A DNA stretch of 64,000 nt from Candidatus Woesearchaeota archaeon (GTDB lineage: Archaea; Nanobdellota; Nanobdellia; Woesearchaeales; 21-14-0-10-32-9): positions 4,163-68,162 of the forward strand of contig JBKHAC010000003.1 of NCBI GenBank assembly GCA_046543095.1, given 5' to 3'. Shown here in pieces: positions 37,946 through 46,612 of the stretch (position 1 is the stretch's first letter; the number at the start of each line of letters is the position of its first letter). The notes under the pieces are model-generated. The model was not told the origin of the DNA. It did not search any database and saw only the letters and a program-made list of their open reading frames with translations. The translations under genes and the position numbers were made by a program.

Positions 37946-39421
37946 TTAAAGATAATTTATGTCTTGGCTGTTTTGTTCAAATAAATTTGTTAGTTTTATT
38001 AAGGGTTCATATTTTTGTTTTGTTATTTTAAGTCCTACATTATTGTTTACCAGGTCGTTGTTTTCTATTGTTGCTTGTTTGAATCTTTGTAGGTACATTC
38101 CGGTGCCGTCTGTTAATGTTGTGGTGTGTGTCAAAAAACCTTTTTTTCTGATATTTTTTATTTCATTATTTGCTATTATTAATTCTTCTTGGTTTGTGCC
38201 TTCAAAATGTATTCCTGTGGAAAAATTATTTTGTATGTTGTTGTTATCTATTATTGTTTTTTTTCCGTTTTCGATGTGTATTGCTGTGGAGCTTTCTGCA
38301 TCGTATGTTCCTTTTCTAAAAAAAATGTTGTTGGTTATTATGTTATTTGTATTTTTTAAGTAAAATGCTGTTTTTATTTCGTTTTCAAAATAATTTGTAT
38401 CTATTAATATTTCTGAGTTGTCTATTGTTGCTATTCTACTTATTATGTGTTTGTTTTTGTTTTTTAAGAATTGGTTGTTTTCTATTATTGCGTTCGTTTT
38501 AGCTATGTGTAGTGTGTCTATTGGGTTCGAGAGAAATTTACTTTTGCCTTCATTAGATTCAATTAAATTGTGAATTAAGTGTGCATTTGTTTCATCTAGG
38601 TATATTGCAGACCCGTATTTTGTTGCTGAATTGTCTAGTATATGGTTGTTGTATGCTAATAAATCTGTGTTCGTGGCGTAAATTGCACCACCCATTTCAG
38701 CAGAATTATTTATAAGGGTTGTATTTGTAATGCTTGTTTTTGTGTTTATCAGGCTTATCGCGCCTCCTGTTTTAAATGCTTGACTTCTTAATTGTCTTCC
38801 TGTGCCGTTTTTTATGATGCAATAATCAAATACTGATTCTTCGTTTTGATTTCCTTTAAGAGTTATGTTTCTCCAATGTGTATTTTTAGCTTCGAAGGTT
38901 ATTTTTTCATTTTCTGTTCCTTTCGCGTATATTTTTCCTTCGCTATAAATTCCTGCATTTTGTTCAAATAATAGTGTGGTTCCTTCATCTATGTGTAGTT
39001 CTCCTCTAGCATCTATTTGTATGTCTTTATCCACGAAATATGTTCCTTTAGGTATTCTAGTTTTTTCAGTTATGTTGTGATTTATGTCTAAATAGTTGTC
39101 TTGTCTTATGTTTATTGTTTGTATTTCGGAGGTTGAATTTGTTTGGGGATTTGAGCTAGGTATTCTTTCGCCTCGAGACAGTCTTTTTATTAGTTCTGTT
39201 AATTCATCTATTGAGTTTTGTTGTTGGTTTAGTTTTTGTTCCAAATCCTCATTTGTTGTTCTTTTTATTGGTGTAATTATTGTTTGTGCGTATATTTTTT
39301 TATTTGTCGCGGATTCTTTAAGCAGGTGTTCTGGTTTTATTTCTTTCAAATCTATTTTTTGTTGCATGTTGTATCTAATCTTTTGTATTTCTTCATTTAT
39401 TATTTCATTTATCGAGGTCAT
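37946..39421 (-). CDS. right-handed parallel beta-helix repeat protein with a coiled-coil N-terminus
   Basis: Repeated N-x-I/L-x-N-N turns (IENNQF, ITNNIF, IDNNNI, IANNEI, IENNDL). Confidence 0.7.
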   Translation of the reverse strand: MTSINEIINEEIQKIRYNMQQKIDLKEIKPEHLLKESATNKKIYAQTIITPIKRTTNEDLEQKLNQQQNSIDELTELIKRLSRGERIPSSNPQTNSTSEIQTINIRQDNYLDINHNITEKTRIPKGTYFVDKDIQIDARGELHIDEGTTLLFEQNAGIYSEGKIYAKGTENEKITFEAKNTHWRNITLKGNQNEESVFDYCIIKNGTGRQLRSQAFKTGGAISLINTKTSITNTTLINNSAEMGGAIYATNTDLLAYNNHILDNSATKYGSAIYLDETNAHLIHNLIESNEGKSKFLSNPIDTLHIAKTNAIIENNQFLKNKNKHIISRIATIDNSEILIDTNYFENEIKTAFYLKNTNNIITNNIFFRKGTYDAESSTAIHIENGKKTIIDNNNIQNNFSTGIHFEGTNQEELIIANNEIKNIRKKGFLTHTTTLTDGTGMYLQRFKQATIENNDLVNNNVGLKITKQKYEPLIKLTNLFEQNSQDINYL

Positions 39422-39437
39422 TTTATTTTTTCTCTTT

Positions 39438-40235
39438 TCATTTATTTCGTCTTGATATTGTTATTGCATTATTTATGCGTCTGTGGTTTCTTATGTTGTA
39501 ATTATTAAAATGCATTTGTGCGCTTCGTCCTCCGTCGAGGTTTAGTGCTTTCGTGTAATTTTGTGTTTTTAGAAATTCTGTGAATTCGATTAGGGTTATA
39601 GTATTTCGTCTAAATGGGTTTGTTTCGGTTATAATAAAATATAGATTTTTTTCTGTATCTTTTGCAATTGCGGCGCGGTAACTTTTTCGTTCATTTTCAA
39701 CTCTCATTTTCTCATTGTCATATATTAAAAGAGGGAATGATTGTAGTATTTCATCATATTTCGTGGTGTCACATAATTCTCGCAGTATTTTTACATTGTC
39801 GTCTTTGACTGTGAAATATCCGCTTCCTCTAATTCTTTGGTTTGGGCTTAGTTCTTCGCCGTTTGTTTGTACGAGGCCTATTGTTTTTCCATCTCTTAAA
39901 AACGATCCGTTTATTGCGGCTATTATTTCTTTGTCACTTTGTCTGTTATTCTCATGTATTATTTCTTCTAAGTATTTTGGTGTGTTTGTTGAGGTTATGT
40001 TTATTGAGGTGTTTTTATTGTTGTCTATTTTTATTATGTGGTAGGTTGTATTTTTATATTTGTGTTTGGAGTATTCTATTTCATCTCTTTTTTGTTCTTG
40101 TATTTGTTTTTGTGTTAGTTGTTTTAATATTATTTTGGGGTTTATTTCATGAAATATTGGTTTGTAATCTGGGTTGGGTGCGGATGAGGTGAGGCTTGCA
40201 AGTAAGCTTATTGTTGCATATTTTTTAAAAGACAT
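39438..40235 (-). CDS. phosphodiester glycosidase family (DUF2233/NAGPA-like) protein with a signal peptide
   Basis: INGSFL.. and ALNLDGGRSAQM motifs. Hydrophobic N-terminus. Confidence 0.65.
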   Translation of the reverse strand: MSFKKYATISLLASLTSSAPNPDYKPIFHEINPKIILKQLTQKQIQEQKRDEIEYSKHKYKNTTYHIIKIDNNKNTSINITSTNTPKYLEEIIHENNRQSDKEIIAAINGSFLRDGKTIGLVQTNGEELSPNQRIRGSGYFTVKDDNVKILRELCDTTKYDEILQSFPLLIYDNEKMRVENERKSYRAAIAKDTEKNLYFIITETNPFRRNTITLIEFTEFLKTQNYTKALNLDGGRSAQMHFNNYNIRNHRRINNAITISRRNK

Positions 40236-40313
40236 ATTTTTGAGGGGGTTTTTTAAACTATAAAAACGTTTCGAATGTTTTTACCAAATAGTAGTTATAA
40301 AACAATTAAAAAT

Positions 40314-40352
40314 AAATCTGTTTCAGATTTGAAACAATTTGTTTCAGATTTG
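40314..40352. promoter_or_regulatory. operator-like palindromes and direct repeat upstream of 39438..40235
   Basis: aaatctg-ttt-cagattt; a 15-bp palindrome gaaacaa-t-ttgtttc; and tgtttcagatttg twice, 21 bp apart. Confidence 0.4.
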
Positions 40353-40850
40353 TATTTTTTATTTAAATAATTTAGTTCTTTTGATTTTTTTTGTTCTTCG
40401 TCTAAAAAATAAAAAAATATAGAAAAGTATTTAAATCGAGACGTATTCCCTAATTTAGGTATTTGTATACTGGGTGAGCAATCTGAGGGCTAAAATATTG
40501 AAACAAGACATTTTTTCTAGAACCTTATCGAACAGGTTTAACAATTATAGGTTGAAGGCGCATTCGAAAGTTCCTACTTATAAGCCTGTGCAACAAATAA
40601 ATTTTATTGCTGGGTGAATTGGAGAAAAAATGTTTGGGGTATCAAGAATCAAAAATTCTTGAATATTTATTTTTTTATTTCTGGATTAGTTTTAAATTAG
40701 TTTAAAGTGTGGTTGTTAGAAACCATAAATGTGTAAATTTTGTTAAATGATGACTCGTTTATTTTCTTGGCGAGATAAATCTTGCATGTAGTTGTGTTTT
40801 GTCTGATTTTTATCGGCTTTTTTTTTTAGTTTGTGCTTGAAGTTTTTGTT

Positions 40851-41399
40851 TTATTTTTTAAACAATTTATTTTTCTTGAATTTTTCTTTATATGTATTTA
40901 TGCTCTCTTTGATTAATTTGCGAGCGACACTGCCTCTTTTTAAATCAAGCACTTTTACTTCTTTATTTTGTAGGGCTTTATATGTTTCAAAGAAATGTTT
41001 TATCTCGAGCGCAACGTGCTCAGGCATATCGCTAATATCTTGGTATCTATCAAATCGGGGATCTGTTGCGTGTACTGCGATAATTTTATCGTCGTTCTCA
41101 TCATTATCAACGATTCTAAGTACGCCTATAGGTCTTGCTCTGACTAGTATTCCGGGGTGTACGGGGAAGTTTGATAAAATTAAGATATCCATTGGGTCAT
41201 TATCATCAAAATATGTTCTTGGTATAAAGCCATAATCTCCGGGGTAGTGAACTGCTGAATATAAAACTCTGTCAAGTTTAATTAGTCCTGTGTCTTTATC
41301 GAGTTCGTATTTTAACGTACTGTTCTTTGGTACTTCTATTATTGCATTAACTTCTTCGGGGGCGTCTTGCCCAAAACTTACATCGTGCCATGGATTCAT
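40851..41399 (-). CDS. ppa: inorganic pyrophosphatase (family I)
   Basis: YELDK, DPMDILIL, VLRIVDNDENDDKIIAV. Confidence 0.92.
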   Translation of the reverse strand: MNPWHDVSFGQDAPEEVNAIIEVPKNSTLKYELDKDTGLIKLDRVLYSAVHYPGDYGFIPRTYFDDNDPMDILILSNFPVHPGILVRARPIGVLRIVDNDENDDKIIAVHATDPRFDRYQDISDMPEHVALEIKHFFETYKALQNKEVKVLDLKRGSVARKLIKESINTYKEKFKKNKLFKK

Positions 41400-41757
41400 A
41401 AATTCTTAAAACTCTGGATTTATTTATAAGATTTAGCTTTTTTATTTTTTAAATTAGGGTTGGATGTGATTCTAGATTTTTTTTGTATTGTGCAAAAAAT
41501 ATTTTTTTTGGGTGGGGGTTGAATTCTTTTTCTAATTTGTTAAAGTTAGGGGTTTTGTGTCTTTTCTAATTTTTTCAAGTTCATTTCTTTGTTCTTTTTT
41601 TATTTAATTATGTTTTTGTTTCTTATTTTTTAATTTGTTTTAGTTTTTTATTTCTGATTCTTTATTTTTCTTGTTTTTTTTTTCTTCTATTTTCAAATCT
41701 TAATTGTTTTTTTCTATCTCGACCAAAACAAATAGTAATTCCTAAAAAGTAGTAACA

Positions 41758-41765
41758 TTTATATA
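41758..41765 (+). promoter_or_regulatory. TATA box TTTATATA
   Basis: Ends 22 nt before the ATG at 41788. No SD is present, suggesting a leaderless mRNA. Confidence 0.5.
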
Positions 41766-41787
41766 GTGTTTTGTGTTTCTTCTAAGT

Positions 41788-42393
41788 ATGGGAATTACAA
41801 TATCTGGAATGTTAAAAATGGAAGATGTTCAAAACTTGATCCAAAGTATAAATCATAATTATTATGAGTCTATAGGTCATCAAGATATGTTTGAGCAAAA
41901 CTTGGTGCTTTGGGATGATGATTCTTTGGTTGATGTGGGGAGGAGACTTGAGTCTCAGTCTAGCACTTGTAAAGCGTCTTTACAATTGCAGAAGGATTAT
42001 GCTATTGTGGAGGCGCGGAAATTAGGAGGAAGATTGTTGCCTGCAATATCTGAGTTTGCATCTACTGTTAATGTTGAAGGTAGGCGCGATAAATATTGTG
42101 ATCTTAGGGTTGAATCTAAAACTAGGATTTATAATGTGACATTACTTGAAGATTTAATTTCGGGTCAAACTTTTAAACCTGTTATTAATAAATTTCTTAT
42201 TCAAACTCTTCAACCTTATAAAGGGGATGGTTATCACAAATTTGATTATGTTGCTGATAGGTTGATTAAATTAGATGACTTTAATGCAGGTTTCCTAGAA
42301 TATAGGAATAGGATGGTTCTTCAAGCTCAAGATAGGGTGAATCAGTATGTATCAAGGGCCGCGGGTCGTATGCTGGATGATTTAAGAGGATAG
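41788..42393 (+). CDS. hypothetical protein
   Basis: ORF behind a leaderless-type promoter. No motif recognised. Confidence 0.5.
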   Translation: MGITISGMLKMEDVQNLIQSINHNYYESIGHQDMFEQNLVLWDDDSLVDVGRRLESQSSTCKASLQLQKDYAIVEARKLGGRLLPAISEFASTVNVEGRRDKYCDLRVESKTRIYNVTLLEDLISGQTFKPVINKFLIQTLQPYKGDGYHKFDYVADRLIKLDDFNAGFLEYRNRMVLQAQDRVNQYVSRAAGRMLDDLRG

Positions 42394-42574
42394 TTAGTTA
42401 GGTGTTTTTGCAAGTTTTAGATATTTTTTGTGTGTTTCTTTTTTCTTTTTTTATTTTTTTTCTAGCTGCTTTTTTTAATTTGTCTTGCTCGACTAAACGT
42501 CGAGTCTTATTGAAGAAGATTGTAAATCTTCTTCTCGCAAACTTTATAAATGAAGTCTTGTTCCACCCCTTTAT

Positions 42575-42652
42575 AGCGGGGTGGAGCAGCTAGGAGTGCT
42601 CGTAGGGCTCATAACCCTGAGGTCGAAAGTTCAAATCTTTCCCCCGCTACCA
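42575..42652 (+). tRNA. tRNA-Met(CAU), initiator-type, CCA encoded
   Basis: AGCGGGG/CCCCGCT acceptor with A1:U72. D arm GAGC-AGCTAGGAGT-GCTC. Anticodon arm TAGGG-CTCATAA-CCCTG with three G:C pairs next to the loop. T arm GAAAG-TTCAAAT-CTTTC, then ACCA. Confidence 0.9.
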
Positions 42653-42906
42653 TTATTTTCTCGCGTATCATTTTCCATTCCACCCTCGAGGTTATGAGTC
42701 CTTCGAGTCGTATCATTGTCATCATGTCGCTGCGCTTTTTTGATTAGTTTCAAGCGCACTTCTAATAGATCTCCTACGTTTAAATTGATGTATTTTCTTA
42801 TGTGTGCGGGTATAACTATTTGATAACTGTGTCCGTTCTTTACAATTTGGGCACTGTATTGTTTTATTTCTTTGGGTTTGGTTGTTATTAGTTTTGTGTT
42901 TTTCTT
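42631..42906 (-). pseudogene. AbrB/SpoVT (MazE-like) swapped-hairpin domain remnant without a canonical start codon
   Basis: The frame reads ..SAQIVKNGHSYQIVIPAHIRKYINLNVGDLLEVRL... No ATG, GTG or TTG precedes the domain. The open frame runs into the 3' end of tRNA-Met on the opposite strand. Confidence 0.4.
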
Positions 42907-43113
42907 TTAGTTTGTGGTATTTCTTTTTTTATTTTGTATTTTTGGTTTGTGGTTTTTTTGAGTTTTGTCGTTGTATTTTTTCTTGTTTTTTTATCTGAAT
43001 CTAAGATTATTGGTGTTTATTTTATGTTTTTCCGTGTTTCTTCTTATTTTTCTTATTTTTTTCCGTGTTTTGTTTAGTAATTATTTTTAACTTGTTTTAT
43101 TTATTGTTTGTTT

Positions 43114-43623
43114 ATGATTGTTGATTTCAGAAGAGATATTCATTTGAGGGGTGCTGTCTTTGAGGATGTCGCTCGTATCTTGCTTAGACGTCGTAATGAG
43201 AATAATTTTATTTTTCGTGTGTGTAATTTTGATTCTTTATTTGAAATAGTTAAGAAATACAGGTTTAATTGTAGTGGTATTAAAGATGTTTTTTCTTTTT
43301 TCTCTGTGAATCGTTGTCTTTGTGATTTGGTTGAATTTGTTGTTGATAATGTTGAGTCTAGGAATGTTTTAAAAATTAATTTTTATGAGGTTAAATCTAG
43401 GAGGCAGGATGCTAAAAGGAATTATTTTGAGTCTTGTTTGTCTAATCATAATTTCATGGTTGATATGAAAAATAGGGGGTTTGGTGTTTTTGTTATTAGT
43501 TTGGTTTTGTTTGATGATTGGCGGTTTAGTTTTAACGTTTATGATTATGGTTCTGTTTTGTTTAGGGTTTATGATTCTCAGCGTAATAAAACTGTGTTGT
43601 TTCAAAGGCCTTTGAAGGTTTAA
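43114..43623 (+). CDS. hypothetical protein with a PD-(D/E)XK (Hjc/Mrr-like) motif pattern
   Basis: RGAVFEDVARILL (helix Glu), CDLVEFVV (Asp), INFYEVKSRR (ExK). Confidence 0.45.
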   Translation: MIVDFRRDIHLRGAVFEDVARILLRRRNENNFIFRVCNFDSLFEIVKKYRFNCSGIKDVFSFFSVNRCLCDLVEFVVDNVESRNVLKINFYEVKSRRQDAKRNYFESCLSNHNFMVDMKNRGFGVFVISLVLFDDWRFSFNVYDYGSVLFRVYDSQRNKTVLFQRPLKV

Positions 43624-43709
43624 TTCTTTTGTTTTTTTGTGTTTTAGAGTTTTTTTGAGAGTTGTGTTGTTTTATTTTGTTTTGGTGTTTATTTTAATAT
43701 TTGGCATTA

Positions 43710-43874
43710 GGTATTATAGAAATCCTATTAAAATTTTAATAATGATGCTATCTTGCGCAGTCATAGATCAAACAGCTGTGGTGTGTGAGACTCGGTTCAA
43801 ATGTCTAAATAATATGGAAAAGGAGCATAGTATAATTAAGATTTTATTGGTTCGAAAAGGATTTCTATGAGGCC
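43710..43874 (+). mobile_element. MITE-like family 2, copy 2A (165 bp)
   Basis: TIR ggtattatagaaatcctatt versus the reverse complement of the right end, ggcctcatagaaatcctttt (16/20). Flanked by a perfect 8-bp direct repeat tggcatta (43702-09 and 43875-82). Confidence 0.75.
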
Positions 43875-43900
43875 TGGCATTAGTAATATTTTTATATTGG

Positions 43901-44386
43901 TTGGGTTTATTTTTGTTTATGGGTTTTGTTGTTGGTGATGTTTATCGTGTCTCTGCGCCGTTGGGGCCTTTAGTTAAGTATTTGTTGAGTGATAAGTCTG
44001 GGGTGTTGGTTAGGTCTGGGTTTGTTGGTTTATTGGGAGAAGTTGAGGGTTCTAATGCTGTTGCTGCGCAGAGTTATTTATCAGGGGGTGTTTTGAATAT
44101 TTATGATTATAAAAAGTGTTGTGGTGATGAGTATGGTGTTGTTTTTGATGCTATTGATTCGTTTATTGAGGGGAGGGATTTTTCTTTTAAGGGTTTAGCT
44201 GTTGATCGTGATGTTTTTTTTAAAAGTAAAGATGTTCATTTTCTTGCGGGTTATTTGTCTAGGTTCGGTGAATTTTTTAGAAAGCCTGTTTCGCTTGAGG
44301 ATTCTTTGTCTCATTTGAAATGTAGGGTGTTTGAATTCAAATCTTTTAAAGTTGCTAAGTGTGTTTTTGAGAGTTATGTTGTTTGA
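43901..44386 (+). CDS. hypothetical protein
   Basis: + strand-type codon usage. No motif recognised. Start is uncertain (TTG at 43901 or ATG at 43919). Confidence 0.45.
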   Translation: MGLFLFMGFVVGDVYRVSAPLGPLVKYLLSDKSGVLVRSGFVGLLGEVEGSNAVAAQSYLSGGVLNIYDYKKCCGDEYGVVFDAIDSFIEGRDFSFKGLAVDRDVFFKSKDVHFLAGYLSRFGEFFRKPVSLEDSLSHLKCRVFEFKSFKVAKCVFESYVV

Positions 44387-44399
44387 TTTTTTCTTTGTT

Positions 44400-44960
44400 T
44401 TAGCTTTGTAGTTTTACTTCGATGTTTTTTTTCTCTGTGTTTGTGGCTTCGTATAGTTGTTCATCTTTAAATCCGAATAGTTTCGCGATTATGTTGCTTG
44501 GCATTGTTTGTATTTTTGTGTTGTATTCTGTTGTGTTTGCGTTGTATATTCTTCTTGATGCTGCGATTTGGTCTTCTGTTTTTATTAGTTCGTCTTGTAA
44601 TTTTAAGAAGTTCTCGTTTGCTTTAAGGGTTGGGTAGTTCTCTGCGACTGCGAATAGTGTTTTTAGTTTTGAGTCCATAACTTCGTCGCATCCTGCTACT
44701 TTTTTTATGTCTTTTTTATCTTGGGCGTTTATAAGTTCGGTTCTCATCTTGGTGATATCTTCAAGTAATTTCTTTTCGTGTTTTGCGTATCCTTTAACTG
44801 TTTCGACGAGGTTTGGTATGAGGTTTGTTCGTCTTTTTAGTTGTATGTCTATTCCTGCGTATGCTTTCTTTGCGTAATTTTTGAGTTTGATTATATTGTT
44901 GTATGTGATAATTATCCAGAGTATTATTGCGCCTAATATTATTAATAGTATTGTATTCAT
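44400..44960 (-). CDS. lemA: LemA family protein
   Basis: N-terminal TM helix, YNNIIKLKN.., RRIYNANTTEYNTKIQTMPSNIIAKLFGF. Confidence 0.85.
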   Translation of the reverse strand: MNTILLIILGAIILWIIITYNNIIKLKNYAKKAYAGIDIQLKRRTNLIPNLVETVKGYAKHEKKLLEDITKMRTELINAQDKKDIKKVAGCDEVMDSKLKTLFAVAENYPTLKANENFLKLQDELIKTEDQIAASRRIYNANTTEYNTKIQTMPSNIIAKLFGFKDEQLYEATNTEKKNIEVKLQS

Positions 44961-45134
44961 GTTTTTCTTTTAATTCTTTTTTCTTTATAAAATTTGTTGT
45001 GTTTATTTTTGTTTATTTTTAGGTAGTTCATGTATTTTTTGTGTTTGTATTTTTTTCAGTTACTTTTTTATAGGTTTATTTTTTTCTTATCTTTAATTAA
45101 ATTATTTTTTTTATTTAATTGGAGTGTGTTTTTT

Positions 45135-46556
45135 ATGGATGTAAAATTGGAAAATAATGATTTTAAAATTAAAGATATTAATCTTGCAGGTCAGGGTAGG
45201 AAGCAAATTGATTTGGCTGAAAAAGAGATGCCTGGTTTAATGGCTTTAAGGGCGAAGTATGGTGCATCTAAGCCGCTTAGTGGTGCGAGGATTATGGGTA
45301 GTTTGCATATGACTGTTGAGACTGCTGTTTTAATTGAGACGCTCGTTGAGCTTGGTGCTCATGTGCGTTGGGTTTCGTGTAATATTTATTCTACTAATGA
45401 TGAGGCTGCGGCGGCTGTTGTGGCGCGTGGTGTTAGTGTTTTTGCTTGGAAGGGTGAAACATTGAAAGAATATTGGTGGTGCACTAAACAGGCTTTAAAC
45501 TTCGGGGGTGTTGGTCCTGATTTAATTGTTGATGATGGTGGGGATGCTACTATGATGATTCATAAGGGTGTTGAAGTTGAAAAAGATCCCTCTTTGTTGG
45601 ATGAAGATTACTCGGGCGAGGGGGAGGACTTCTTTGAGCTTATGAATATTTTAAAAGAAACGTTCGTGGAAGATAAAGAATTGTGGCATAAGCTTTCAAA
45701 AAATATTAAGGGCGTCTCTGAGGAGACTACAACTGGTGTTCATAGGCTTTATGAGATGATGAAGAATGGTGAATTATTATTTCCTGCTATTAATGTGAAT
45801 GATTCTGTGACTAAATCTAAATTTGATAATTTGTATGGTTGTCGTGAGAGTTTGGCTGATGGTATTAAGCGTGCGACGGATGTTATGATTGCAGGTAAGG
45901 TTGTTTTGGTTTGTGGTTTTGGTGATGTTGGTAAGGGTTGTGCGCAGTCTATGAAGGGTTTTGGTGCGCGCGTGATTGTTACGGAGGTTGATCCTATTTG
46001 TGCGCTTCAGGCTGCGATGGAGGGTTTTGAGGTTAAAACTGTTGAGGATGCGCTTGATGAGGCTGATATCTTTGTGACTGCGACTGGTAATAAGGATATT
46101 ATTACGTTTGAGCATATGCAGAAAATGAAGGATAATGCAATTGTTTGTAACATTGGTCATTTTGATAATGAAATTCAAGTATCTAGGCTCGAAAAGCATG
46201 AGGGCGTGGTTGAATTAAACATTAAGCCTCAAGTTGATAAATATACTTTCAAAGAATCGGGTAATAGTATTATTTTGTTATCTAAAGGTAGGTTGGTTAA
46301 TCTTGGTAATGCGACGGGTCATCCGAGTTTCGTTATGAGTGCGTCTTTTACGAATCAGGTTCTTGCGCAAATTGAGCTTTGGCAAAAACAATATGAGCTT
46401 GGGGTGTATATGCTTCCAAAGGAGCTTGATGAGGAAGTTGCAAGGCTTCATATTGGGAAGCTTGGTATTAAGTTAACGGTTTTATCTGATGAGCAGGCGA
46501 AATACTTAAACATTGATAAGTCGGGTCCGTTTAAGCCGAGTCATTATCGTTACTAA
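45135..46556 (+). CDS. ahcY: adenosylhomocysteinase
   Basis: Start at the ATG at 45135, after [29 protein letters not shown] site [20 protein letters not shown]-terminal PSHYRY. Confidence 0.93.
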   Translation: MDVKLENNDFKIKDINLAGQGRKQIDLAEKEMPGLMALRAKYGASKPLSGARIMGSLHMTVETAVLIETLVELGAHVRWVSCNIYSTNDEAAAAVVARGVSVFAWKGETLKEYWWCTKQALNFGGVGPDLIVDDGGDATMMIHKGVEVEKDPSLLDEDYSGEGEDFFELMNILKETFVEDKELWHKLSKNIKGVSEETTTGVHRLYEMMKNGELLFPAINVNDSVTKSKFDNLYGCRESLADGIKRATDVMIAGKVVLVCGFGDVGKGCAQSMKGFGARVIVTEVDPICALQAAMEGFEVKTVEDALDEADIFVTATGNKDIITFEHMQKMKDNAIVCNIGHFDNEIQVSRLEKHEGVVELNIKPQVDKYTFKESGNSIILLSKGRLVNLGNATGHPSFVMSASFTNQVLAQIELWQKQYELGVYMLPKELDEEVARLHIGKLGIKLTVLSDEQAKYLNIDKSGPFKPSHYRY

Positions 46557-46612
46557 TATTTTTTCTTTTTTTTTCTTGTTAATTAACTTTTTATATTTGT
46601 TTTCATTCCTTG

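Noticed and set aside
40460-40625. SRP-RNA-like GGUGAGCAAU and RNase P-like GAAAGUUCC strings.
   Set aside because: Only isolated short resemblances are present. The surrounding conserved helices (GNAR tetraloop context; CR-I/CR-V) cannot be found, and the segment is too short and too AT-rich.
40747-40806. Possible C/D-box sRNA: ATGATGA at 40747 and CTGA at 40803, 60 nt apart.
   Set aside because: There are no convincing internal D' and C' boxes and no terminal stem. Both boxes are short motifs expected by chance in AT-rich DNA. I leave it as unverified.
42402-42593. 63-aa ORF reading into the 5' part of tRNA-Met.
   Set aside because: It overlaps a high-confidence tRNA, has a low-complexity F/L-rich product, and has no start context.
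43780-43805. tRNA-like T-loop sequence GGTTCAAAT inside the MITE copies (also at 62445).
   Set aside because: The flanking 5-mers are not complementary, so there is no T stem. No acceptor or anticodon arms can be drawn, so this is not a tRNA or tRNA half.
43637-43870. The 'conserved' small proteins 43637..43870 and 62278..62514 (..YRN.IKILIMMLSCAVIDQT.VVC..RFKCLNNM..EHSIIKILL), and 15541..15849.
   Set aside because: Similarity starts exactly at the left TIR of the 165-bp element and ends inside it. The N-terminal halves outside the element are unrelated. The conservation is nucleotide-level repeat identity, not coding selection.
45030-45134. N-terminal 35-codon extension of the SAH hydrolase ORF ([16 protein letters not shown]..).
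   Set aside because: It is a T-rich, low-complexity translation of intergenic DNA. The conserved AhcY N-terminus begins at the ATG at 45135, which has a GGAG upstream.
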